Positions 17,547 through 25,554 of a DNA stretch of 59,531 bases are shown in pieces; position 1 is the first letter of the stretch, and each line of letters begins with the position of its first letter. The notes beneath the pieces were generated by a model that saw nothing but the letters and a program-made list of their open reading frames with translations, made no database searches and had not been told where the DNA came from. The position numbers and the translations under genes were made by a program. The DNA is from a virus (taxonomy: Duplodnaviria > Caudoviricetes), in the IMG/VR virus record IMGVR_UViG_3300021959_000043, positions 1 through 59,531 of that record; one strand, written 5' to 3'.

Positions 17547-18563
17547 ATGGGCTTTAGATCAAATAGATTATATTCTCACGGAACTCAATTAGCAAATCAA
17601 GTTGAAGAAAAAAAAATAGCAGATCAAGCTAGAATTGATTCAATGAAATCCGTTCCTGGTTCTGTTTATTATGACCCAACTTTTCAACAAAAAAGCGTTG
17701 ATAAATATGGTGCTGATATAAGTAATAACCAAAACGTATATGATCCTCTTGGAACATCTAAGCCGTCTTTACATTCTGGCCAACTAACAATGCAACAGTT
17801 TATGGATCAAAAACAATCACAATATATGAAATCACAGCAAGAATTAAACCAATTTGGACCAGCAGGTGCACCTAATATAATACCTAGCCAATCAAATGTA
17901 CCTAGCACTTTCAGTCAAAGCGCAGTATCTAATGCTAATGCTATGTATGGAAATAACATGGAAAGAAATGCTGCTGTAAATAATGGTATAGTACCTTCTT
18001 ACATTCAAGAACAAGCAAACTCACCTATAGCTTTTACAAATCCTCCTGGATCTGCGTATAGCGCTTTAGATACTTTAAAAAATTCTATGAAAAGCTTAGG
18101 AGACATTGCTTCTAGTGGAGGTAAAACAAACTACAACAGAGATACTAAAGGTGTTTATAACTCTATGCCTGGATTAGCACCATTACCAACAGATTCAACA
18201 GGTTCTAATTTAACTGGTTCTTATTCGAACCCATCTAGCAGTTCTAAAACACCATCTGTTACTATAAACAATACTCCAAATAGTGAAAACAAATATGATT
18301 TTTTAGAAAATCCGTCAACTCAAACTAAGATAGAGGTTACAAACCCACATATGAATTCATATACTGGTGCTTGGAAAAAAGACAACAAAACTTACGAAGC
18401 TAGAATACAAGAAGCAAAAGACGCTGGTAAAGTAAACAAAGCAGCTAGAATACAAAAAAAATATGACGATTTTACAAATAGAGGTGGTGATAGTAAAGTA
18501 AGACACGCTTTAGGTAAAATAGCAGGTGCTTTTAAATCAAAAAAAAATAAAAAAACAACATAA
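17547..18563 (+). CDS. low-complexity hypothetical protein (Q/S/N-rich, basic C-terminus)
   Basis: ORF 17520..18563; likely start ATG 17547 just after the upstream stop. Confidence 0.7.
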   Translation: MGFRSNRLYSHGTQLANQVEEKKIADQARIDSMKSVPGSVYYDPTFQQKSVDKYGADISNNQNVYDPLGTSKPSLHSGQLTMQQFMDQKQSQYMKSQQELNQFGPAGAPNIIPSQSNVPSTFSQSAVSNANAMYGNNMERNAAVNNGIVPSYIQEQANSPIAFTNPPGSAYSALDTLKNSMKSLGDIASSGGKTNYNRDTKGVYNSMPGLAPLPTDSTGSNLTGSYSNPSSSSKTPSVTINNTPNSENKYDFLENPSTQTKIEVTNPHMNSYTGAWKKDNKTYEARIQEAKDAGKVNKAARIQKKYDDFTNRGGDSKVRHALGKIAGAFKSKKNKKTT

Positions 18564-18574
18564 AAACATAAATT

Positions 18575-18796
18575 ATGCATCATTCAAAATATGATCCAGC
18601 AATGGAAAAATTAAAACCAGGAACTAAAGTTGGTATAGTTGGAGAATCTCACGTTTGGGATGGTCCTTTAGATCAAACAGGAAGATCTCATGGAGAAGGT
18701 TCAAGTTCAGGCATAAGCGGTATGCAAATACTAAAAGCTCCTTGTCGTACATGTGAATCTAGTATACCAATTACTAAACGCGCTAAATTAGGATAA
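18575..18796 (+). CDS. hypothetical protein (73 aa)
   Basis: ORF track; packed operon. Confidence 0.7.
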   Translation: MHHSKYDPAMEKLKPGTKVGIVGESHVWDGPLDQTGRSHGEGSSSGISGMQILKAPCRTCESSIPITKRAKLG

Positions 18797-18797
18797 T

Positions 18798-19229
18798 ATG
18801 TTTATAGGTAAAATTCAACACTCGGCTAAAACAAGTCCTTTGCAAAAAAAAGGGCCTTGTTGGAAAAACTACGAAATGGTAGGTATGAAAACAAAAGGAG
18901 GTAAAAAAGTTCCTAATTGTGTTCCTGTAAAAATGGAAGGTGACGTTTTAGACGGTCCATTAAAAAAAAAACGTGCAAAAAAGGAAATAAGAAAAACTAC
19001 TAAGGGTAAAGGAAGAAACTTTAGAACAAAGGAGGAAGGCGCTGGCATGACCAGTAAAGGCGTTAAAGAATATAGAAGAAAAAACCCAGGTAGTAAATTA
19101 AAGACAGCAGTTACAGGTGACGTAAAACCAGGTAGCAAAGCTGCTAAAAGAAGAAAATCATTTTGTGCTAGGTCCAAAGGTTGGACTGGCGAAAGAGGTA
19201 AAGCGGCGCGTAAGCGTTGGAAATGCTAA
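18798..19229 (+). CDS. very basic protein with a PCWxxY...VPNCVP module and a DUF6321-like RRKSFCARS...RWKC module
   Basis: Motifs read from the translation; DUF assignment is from recall. Confidence 0.7.
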   Translation: MFIGKIQHSAKTSPLQKKGPCWKNYEMVGMKTKGGKKVPNCVPVKMEGDVLDGPLKKKRAKKEIRKTTKGKGRNFRTKEEGAGMTSKGVKEYRRKNPGSKLKTAVTGDVKPGSKAAKRRKSFCARSKGWTGERGKAARKRWKC

Positions 19230-19242
19230 AAAAAATATAACA

Positions 19243-19539
19243 ATGCCATCACCAATTAAAAATCATCACGATAAAAAAAACGTATTGCAAGACGACGGTT
19301 CTTCAATACAAGTGTCTAGCTCTGATCTTAAAAGTAAAGGAGTAGACGCTATTAAAAGCCAAATGTTAAAAGACAATCCTCCTGGTAGTGAGGGAAGAAG
19401 AGATGTTTACAATAAGTTAGACTGGAAGTATGACAATACTGTGCCAAAAACTTTTAGTGAAAAAGTAAGTCTTTTTGCAAAAACAGCTAAACATATGATT
19501 GGTAAAAAAGCAACAAACATATTAGATAAACTTAAATAA
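19243..19539 (+). CDS. hypothetical protein (MPSPIKNHH...)
   Basis: ORF 19165..19539; likely ATG 19243. Confidence 0.65.
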   Translation: MPSPIKNHHDKKNVLQDDGSSIQVSSSDLKSKGVDAIKSQMLKDNPPGSEGRRDVYNKLDWKYDNTVPKTFSEKVSLFAKTAKHMIGKKATNILDKLK

Positions 19540-19547
19540 ATAAAAAA

Positions 19548-20006
19548 ATGGGACAATACTCAGGAAATCACCCAAGATACTCGGGACAAAAATATGACGC
19601 TAAAGAAGCTTATAATAAAGACTTAACAGATAAGGCTAGATTACATTATCTAGAAAACAGTGAGCACGATAAGCATGCCCCTAAGATGTGTGGCAGCGAT
19701 CACGCACCTAAGATGTACGGAGAACCAGCAGCTAAATTTAATTCTGGTCTTAGAGAAGCTTCTGACTTAGGAAAGTTAGATAATAATCCTAAATTCAAAG
19801 CAGCTGTTGATGCAGCTCCTAAAATGTCTGGCGACATGGGTCACAACGTTTTAGCGGAAGACATGACATCTAATTCACAATCAATAGTAGGTGGAGATGC
19901 TGGATACGCAGGAGACGGAGCACCAGCAGCTATGATGAAAGCTTTAGGTAAACCAGCTATGTTGATGAAAAAAGGTATTTCATCAATGTGCGGTATGAAA
20001 AAATAA
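19548..20006 (+). CDS. hypothetical protein with APKM repeats (152 aa)
   Basis: HAPKMC, HAPKMY, AAPKMS. Confidence 0.7.
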   Translation: MGQYSGNHPRYSGQKYDAKEAYNKDLTDKARLHYLENSEHDKHAPKMCGSDHAPKMYGEPAAKFNSGLREASDLGKLDNNPKFKAAVDAAPKMSGDMGHNVLAEDMTSNSQSIVGGDAGYAGDGAPAAMMKALGKPAMLMKKGISSMCGMKK

Positions 20007-20007
20007 A

Positions 20008-20029
20008 ACAGTAGGGAACTGTAAAACCC
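20008..20029 (+). promoter_or_regulatory. predicted H-type RNA pseudoknot in a 5' leader
   Basis: S1 ACAGT 20008-12 / ACTGT 20018-22; S2 GGG 20014-16 / CCC 20027-29. Confidence 0.5.
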
Positions 20030-20033
20030 AAGT

Positions 20034-20071
20034 CAAACACAAACACAAACACAAACACAAACACAAACACA
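20034..20071 (+). repeat. (CAAACA)6 hexanucleotide tandem repeat abutting a start codon
   Basis: Six perfect units 20034-20069 plus CA, then ATG at 20072. Confidence 0.95.
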
Positions 20072-20356
20072 ATGGCAAAATTTATCGAAATCCCAGTAAC
20101 AAGCTCAACTGCTTACGAAGCTGGAAAAAAATTAATCAACGTAGAAGATGTATCACTAGGAGTATGTAGTGCTGCTAACACTGTTAAACTATTTTTAGGA
20201 ACAGGAGGAAAGCATATTGCACTTACAACATCTGCTGGTAAAGGTCTTGATGTATTAAACGCTTGTAACGCGGCTATGACAGCTAACCCAGGGGGTATCA
20301 AAGCTAAAGTACAATTACCAACTGGAGTAGCAATTTCAGCAGTAGCAGTAGCTTAA
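20072..20356 (+). CDS. small A/V/G/T-rich protein, probable virion (decoration-type) protein
   Basis: ORF track; structural-protein composition; followed by a strong terminator. Confidence 0.7.
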   Translation: MAKFIEIPVTSSTAYEAGKKLINVEDVSLGVCSAANTVKLFLGTGGKHIALTTSAGKGLDVLNACNAAMTANPGGIKAKVQLPTGVAISAVAVA

Positions 20357-20375
20357 TTTAAAAAAAAACAAATAT

Positions 20376-20407
20376 CCCCGTAGCTAAATAGTTGCGGGGT
20401 TTATTTT
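20376..20407 (+). terminator. Rho-independent terminator
   Basis: CCCCGTAGCT-AAAT-AGTTGCGGGG followed by TTTATTTT. Confidence 0.85.
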
Positions 20408-20421
20408 AAAAAAATCAATAT

Positions 20422-20889
20422 ATGAGTTCACCTATAAAACACTGTTGGAGCTCTATGATGCATAATCCTGAATGGGGTAAAATGCGTGGTAGAAGTGGTT
20501 CTGGAACCGGTAATGACGCTGCTTTTAAAGCCGCTAAGGAAAAAAGAACATCTCCATTAAAAATGGGTTTTAAGATGAAAGGATCTCCATATAATGAAGA
20601 ATCAGGCAATACACCTATATTACACGTTGATATGGATGAAGGCACATTAGGTATGGCTACTAATAATGGTAGCATACTTGTAAATAAAGACATTAAAGAT
20701 CCAAAACAACAACAAGAAGTTGTAGACCATGAAATGGTACACATTAAGCAGATAAAAGACGGTAGGCTAAGCTACGATGAAGATAACGTTTATTGGGAAG
20801 GAAAAAAGTTTTCAAGAGACGATATGAATGAAGGTGCTAAAAACTTACCATGGGAAAAAGAGGCTTATAGTCAAACTAAAGACGCGTAG
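20422..20889 (+). CDS. putative zincin metalloprotease
   Basis: G-x-A...GSILVN...EVVDHEMVHIKQ...PWEKEAY (HExxH plus downstream E). Confidence 0.75.
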   Translation: MSSPIKHCWSSMMHNPEWGKMRGRSGSGTGNDAAFKAAKEKRTSPLKMGFKMKGSPYNEESGNTPILHVDMDEGTLGMATNNGSILVNKDIKDPKQQQEVVDHEMVHIKQIKDGRLSYDEDNVYWEGKKFSRDDMNEGAKNLPWEKEAYSQTKDA

Positions 20890-20891
20890 AT

Positions 20892-22970
20892 ATGGCATTT
20901 AAGAAAAATTATTTTAAAGGATTACAAAGTGGTGTTAATCACAGTCCACTTAAAATGCATGACGGTAAACCTCATAGTAAAAAAGATTTTAAAGGTTTAC
21001 TAGCACATAAGCTTGCTAGTAAAGAACCTGTAGTCAACGAAAGACTACAAAACCAAAATACTTCAGATAATCTAACTGTAGAAAAATTTAGAAAAAATAA
21101 CAATATATCTTCAGAAAATTTAAAAAATAACGCGGCCGTAATAAAAGAGCGAAAGGTAAGAAAAATACAGGAAAATCAAAACAAAAACAGAGCAAGTATT
21201 AGCCAAGGAGCTGTAACAGAACAAGAAAAAGAACAAGCAGCAATAGAAAGTAAAAGAGGCGAAGAAATAAACAACGCATCATTAAGCTTACTAGAAAGAC
21301 CTCTAGCTTACTTAAATGATCCCTCTGCTGTTTTAGGTGATATGGGTATTAATTCTTTTTTAGGTTTTAATACTGGAAACACAACACAGTTAGCTAAAGA
21401 TATAGAAACAATGAGGCAAGATCCTAACTTGTCTTATTTTGATAAACTAAAAGCTAAAACTAAAATGGGTGTTGATATGGTTCCAGCAGCAACTGTTAAT
21501 ACTGCGTTAGGTATGATAGGTGCTGGAGGTGTAGGTACTGGAGCTAAAGGAGCAGCTAGTTATATGGGAAATATTTTAAACAATGCTCTTAATCCTTTAG
21601 CTGGTCTAGGTAAACCTACGGGGCAAGTTTTTAATAATATTGTTAAAAACGTTGATAACAAAGCTGCTAATGCGGTTACAAAATTTGGCAAAGAAAACGC
21701 AAGTACTTGGAATAAAATAACTGGAAGGTTTAAGCCTAAAGTTAAGGAAGATATGTATAATACACTTTCTGGTTTGGCCGAAGGAGCAGACATGAGCACT
21801 GCTCAAAGAGAAGCTTTAATTGAAAGAATTAATTCACCAGAAGGTAGGAAAAGATTATTTGATCAAGAACTCAGTTATTTAGAAAGTCAACTTGAATCTA
21901 CAGGAGAATTAATTAAAAATCCTAAATCACATTATCATCCTTGGATAAGAAATCAAGATCCTTTAAATCCAAACTTAAGTATTACTGAAAACTCATTAGG
22001 AGGTGTTTTGCAAAATCAAAAAAACTTATTCAGCGATGACTTAAGTACTCAAGCAATGAAAAACGTTGATTTTAGAATAAAAGAATTATCTAAACCTAAC
22101 ATAAATGAGTTAGCAAAAGATGCAATAGAAGGTGGTAAGTTAAATTATAGCAAAGGATCAGATTTATTATATAGTGACAAACTTCCAGAAAATTTTTTAA
22201 ATAATAATGCAACTTTTGGTGGTCAAATAGATGGTAGTACAGCAAGTCAGATGACTAACCCTATAGGTGAAGCTATTTATGGACCTCAACAAAGTTCACA
22301 ATTAAACGACGGGGTTTTTGTATTAGGAGGTAAAGGAACTAAAAACAAACAAACGTGGGCACATGAAATACAACATGGTGGTCAAGCAGGTCGTGTAACG
22401 CCTCTTGATGATGAACTTCGTGCTATAATTAAACCAAATAAAGCTATAAAAAAATACGAACAAACTGTTCAAGACCTTATAGAAGCTAGAGATGTTCACG
22501 CTATGGGAAGCGAAAAGGGATATTCTATGCAAGGGTATCGCAAAGGTCAACAAGCCTTAGATGATTATATAGAAGTTTCTGATAAATTTATAGGAGATCA
22601 GTTGTTTGATTATAATTATTTTCAAACTGGTTCTGCAGGAAAAGAACCATTAGCTTTTGCAGGTGAATTAAGGCAAAGTCTAATAGATGGTGGTTTTTTG
22701 AAACATGAATATGATAACATAACGCCAAATGTTTTATTAAAAGCAAAAAAACATTTTAAATCAAACCCAGTTATTAGCAAAGCTACTATTGCCCCTGGCT
22801 CAACTGCAAATGTTAGTGCTCATAGAATTTTTGATTTTATGGATGACTCGATGGAAAACATGAAAAAATTATCAAGCTCACTAAACAAATTACCATTATC
22901 TGTGGCTCCAATAATAGGTGCCAGCGCTATGCTTTCGCAAAATAAAGAACAAGAACAAGAACAACAGTAA
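20892..22970 (+). CDS. 692-aa putative virion-internal protein with C-terminal zincin-like motif
   Basis: WAHEIQHG at 22362-22376 and downstream EPLAFAGELR; G/A-rich central segment. Confidence 0.65.
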   Translation: MAFKKNYFKGLQSGVNHSPLKMHDGKPHSKKDFKGLLAHKLASKEPVVNERLQNQNTSDNLTVEKFRKNNNISSENLKNNAAVIKERKVRKIQENQNKNRASISQGAVTEQEKEQAAIESKRGEEINNASLSLLERPLAYLNDPSAVLGDMGINSFLGFNTGNTTQLAKDIETMRQDPNLSYFDKLKAKTKMGVDMVPAATVNTALGMIGAGGVGTGAKGAASYMGNILNNALNPLAGLGKPTGQVFNNIVKNVDNKAANAVTKFGKENASTWNKITGRFKPKVKEDMYNTLSGLAEGADMSTAQREALIERINSPEGRKRLFDQELSYLESQLESTGELIKNPKSHYHPWIRNQDPLNPNLSITENSLGGVLQNQKNLFSDDLSTQAMKNVDFRIKELSKPNINELAKDAIEGGKLNYSKGSDLLYSDKLPENFLNNNATFGGQIDGSTASQMTNPIGEAIYGPQQSSQLNDGVFVLGGKGTKNKQTWAHEIQHGGQAGRVTPLDDELRAIIKPNKAIKKYEQTVQDLIEARDVHAMGSEKGYSMQGYRKGQQALDDYIEVSDKFIGDQLFDYNYFQTGSAGKEPLAFAGELRQSLIDGGFLKHEYDNITPNVLLKAKKHFKSNPVISKATIAPGSTANVSAHRIFDFMDDSMENMKKLSSSLNKLPLSVAPIIGASAMLSQNKEQEQEQQ

Positions 22971-22991
22971 TGTAATAAACTTAACTAATAT

Positions 22992-23006
22992 GTAATTATT
23001 TACATA
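22992..23006 (+). promoter_or_regulatory. late promoter-like motif upstream of the gldL-like gene
   Basis: GTAATTATTTACATA in a 78-nt intergenic gap. Confidence 0.5.
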
Positions 23007-23048
23007 GAGATTATATATTGAATCTTTATAATAATTAAATCAAATATT

Positions 23049-23474
23049 ATGTTAAAAAACTTAAGTGCAACAAACATGCTTTATGGAATTGGAGCTGCAA
23101 TCGTTATTTTAGGAGCTTTGTTTAAAATTCAACACTGGCAAGGTGGTTCTTTATTATTAACCATAGGTATGATAACAGAAGCTATTGTTTTTACTTATTC
23201 TGCTTTTGAAAAAAAAGAAGATAAAATAATTAGTAGTGATCCATATGATCCTACTGTTATTATAAGTGCTCAAAAAGAATATGTTAAACAAATTAAAGAC
23301 GCTGTTAAAAATGTTTCTTTAATGAATGAAGTTCATGAAAATCAACTTAAACTCGCTAAGAGTTCAACCGGTGCTTATAAAACAATTAATACAGAAGCTA
23401 ATTCTTTAGCTCAACATACTTATTTTATGAGTAAAACTTATTATTCAATATTAAAAGCAATGAAAAGCAAATAA
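23049..23474 (+). CDS. gldL: GldL/PorL-like T9SS-gliding motor subunit homologue, internally shortened (141 aa)
   Basis: NMLYGIGAAIVILGALFKIQHW...IGMITEAIVFTYSAFE matches the GldL two-TM signature; C-terminal YYSILKAM resembles the GldL C-terminal YGGMLSAM. Confidence 0.85.
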   Translation: MLKNLSATNMLYGIGAAIVILGALFKIQHWQGGSLLLTIGMITEAIVFTYSAFEKKEDKIISSDPYDPTVIISAQKEYVKQIKDAVKNVSLMNEVHENQLKLAKSSTGAYKTINTEANSLAQHTYFMSKTYYSILKAMKSK

Positions 23475-23476
23475 CT

Positions 23477-23878
23477 ATGAAAAAAATATGGGAATGGTTA
23501 AGTGGTAGCGTTATAAAAGAGGTTGGTGAAGTTATTGATAAACTAACTACTACTAAAGAAGAAAAGCTTTTAATAAAAAAAGAAATACAAAAAATATTAG
23601 AAGAAGCAGATAATAAAGCTCAAGAGCAAGTTACTAAAAGATGGGAGTCAGACATGCAGTCAGACAGTATATTGTCAAAGAACATAAGACCTTTAGTGCT
23701 TATATATTTAACTGTTATATTTACTGCTTGCGCTTTTTTTCACGGTAATGTAGGAGAGTTTAAAATAGCAGAAGAATATATACCAATATTTCAAACATTA
23801 TTAGTAACTGTTTACGGTGCTTATTTTGTTGGTAGAACTTGGGAAAAAGCAAAAAAAATAACAAATAAAAAAGATTAA
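23477..23878 (+). CDS. holin (3TM / GTA-type family)
   Basis: RWESDMQSDSILSKNIRPLVLIYL...YGAYFVGRTWEK with hydrophobic helices. Confidence 0.75.
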   Translation: MKKIWEWLSGSVIKEVGEVIDKLTTTKEEKLLIKKEIQKILEEADNKAQEQVTKRWESDMQSDSILSKNIRPLVLIYLTVIFTACAFFHGNVGEFKIAEEYIPIFQTLLVTVYGAYFVGRTWEKAKKITNKKD

Positions 23879-23880
23879 AA

Positions 23881-24201
23881 ATGGGACAATTTAAAATACA
23901 AGACTCTACTATAAGTCAAGCTATGCCTTTGACGGCGGCTATGATAGCTAGTATTGACGTTAGACCAGCTTGGGCATTTGAAAACCAAAGTGGAACATTA
24001 GGTACTAACCTAAATTCATCTGTAATATATTGCGGTGTAATGCCAGCTGACGCATCAATAAGCGTAAGACTACCAGGTAATTCACAAGTAATAGAATTTA
24101 AAGGTTTACAATCTGGATCAATACTTCCAGTAGTTGTTGATTACGTTACAGCTGTGGCAGGCACTGGTGTAACAGTAAGTGACTTTATAGTAGGAAAATA
24201 A
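23881..24201 (+). CDS. hypothetical beta-rich protein, probably virion
   Basis: ORF track; FKGLQSGSILPVVVDYV. Confidence 0.65.
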   Translation: MGQFKIQDSTISQAMPLTAAMIASIDVRPAWAFENQSGTLGTNLNSSVIYCGVMPADASISVRLPGNSQVIEFKGLQSGSILPVVVDYVTAVAGTGVTVSDFIVGK

Positions 24202-24212
24202 AAACAAAACAA

Positions 24213-24227
24213 GTAACTATATAAATA
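24213..24227 (+). promoter_or_regulatory. late promoter-like motif upstream of the packaging/head operon
   Basis: GTAACTATATAAATA. Confidence 0.55.
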
Positions 24228-24251
24228 TTAATAATCAAATAAAATCAAATT

Positions 24252-24512
24252 ATGAGTGAAGTAAAAGAGTTAACAAAAAAAATTACAGAAGAACAACTTA
24301 AGACAGTTCAAGACCAACAAGGTAAGCTACAGGAAGCTTTGAGAACTATAGGTGTTTTAGATGTTCAAAAACAAAACGTTCACGGTCAAATATCTTTATT
24401 ATCTAAAGAAATAGAAGAGACAAAGAAAGGACTAGAAGAAGAGTACGGTCAAGTAAATATTAACTTACAAGATGGTACATATGAAGAGATTGTAGAAGAA
24501 GATGAAAAATAA
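24252..24512 (+). CDS. coiled-coil hypothetical protein (86 aa)
   Basis: Heptad pattern. Confidence 0.75.
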   Translation: MSEVKELTKKITEEQLKTVQDQQGKLQEALRTIGVLDVQKQNVHGQISLLSKEIEETKKGLEEEYGQVNINLQDGTYEEIVEEDEK

Positions 24513-24729
24513 TATAAGAAAAATAAGCATAGGTTCTGATTATAAAAACGACGCTATGCATTATTCTATTGGTCAACAAGTTTATGGCGGTCACGAGATA
24601 TCGCATATAATATTTGAAGAGCAAGATAATTCTTATAATATACATATAAAGAAAAAAGACGAGGTATTGCCATGGAAGAAATTTAATTCTAACATGGCTA
24701 TATCAGTTGAGTATGATCTACAGTATTAA
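24502..24729 (+). CDS. hypothetical protein (75 aa)
   Basis: ORF track; coupled to neighbours. Confidence 0.75.
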   Translation: MKNNIRKISIGSDYKNDAMHYSIGQQVYGGHEISHIIFEEQDNSYNIHIKKKDEVLPWKKFNSNMAISVEYDLQY

Positions 24730-25334
24730 TGAAAAGTATATATGACTTTATAGTTAAACCTTTAGGTGAAAAATATAATAATAAAATAAACATAAAAAAT
24801 AAAGAGTTATATTTAAACACAAAAATAGAAGGATGGAAATTTGTTAATAGACTTGCTATTGTTGTGGAAACACCTCTAGCATTTGATATTGGTATAAAAA
24901 AAGGTGATACCGTTGTTATACATCAAAATGTTTTTAGAACTTTTTATAACAGTAAAGGTGTTAAGAAAAAAAGTAGATCTTTTTTTAAAGAAGATTTATA
25001 TTTTTGTGCTTTAGATCAAATATATTTATATAAAAATAACTCAACATGGAAGTCTATCGGTGATAGATGTTTTGTTATGCCTATAATTAATAACGATCAG
25101 TTTAGCAACAAAAAAGAAAAAGACCTTATTGGTGTATTAAAATACGACAATAGCTCTTTAAACGCGCTAGAAATAACATCTGGAGATCTTGTTGGTTATA
25201 CGCCAAATAGTGAATGGGAGTTTTTAATAGAAGGGCAAAGACTTTATTGTATGAAATCTAATGATATTGTAATTAAATATGAATACCAAGGAAACGAAAA
25301 AGAATATAATCCAAGCTGGGCACGTAGCGGTTGA
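24729..25334 (+). CDS. tandem GroES-like co-chaperonin protein (201 aa)
   Basis: Two repeats: FIVKP...AIVV...IKKGDTVV and SIGDRCFVMP...GVL...ITSGDLVGY...IEGQRLYCMKSNDIV. Confidence 0.6.
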   Translation: MKSIYDFIVKPLGEKYNNKINIKNKELYLNTKIEGWKFVNRLAIVVETPLAFDIGIKKGDTVVIHQNVFRTFYNSKGVKKKSRSFFKEDLYFCALDQIYLYKNNSTWKSIGDRCFVMPIINNDQFSNKKEKDLIGVLKYDNSSLNALEITSGDLVGYTPNSEWEFLIEGQRLYCMKSNDIVIKYEYQGNEKEYNPSWARSG

Positions 25335-25554
25335 GGAATTAATAAAGGTTGCTAAGGAAGCTATTGTTGATTCAGACGACGATATTTCTGCTGATAGATT
25401 AAAAAACGCGGCTGCAACTAAAAAACTAGCTATATTTGATGCATTTGAAATATTAAGCCGTATCGAGGAAGAAGAGAATTTATTAAATAATAAGCCTAAA
25501 GAAGTTAAAGAAGAAAGAACTTTTAAAGGTTTTGCAGAAGGTAGATCTAAGTAA
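25279..25554 (+). CDS. putative terminase small subunit
   Basis: Small helical protein directly upstream of and coupled to TerL; call rests on position. Confidence 0.45.
   Translation: MNTKETKKNIIQAGHVAVEELIKVAKEAIVDSDDDISADRLKNAAATKKLAIFDAFEILSRIEEEENLLNNKPKEVKEERTFKGFAEGRSK

Noticed and set aside
24252-24512. Prefoldin-like chaperone subunit
   Set aside because: A single long coiled coil with a C-terminal beta segment, not the helix-hairpin-helix layout of prefoldin.
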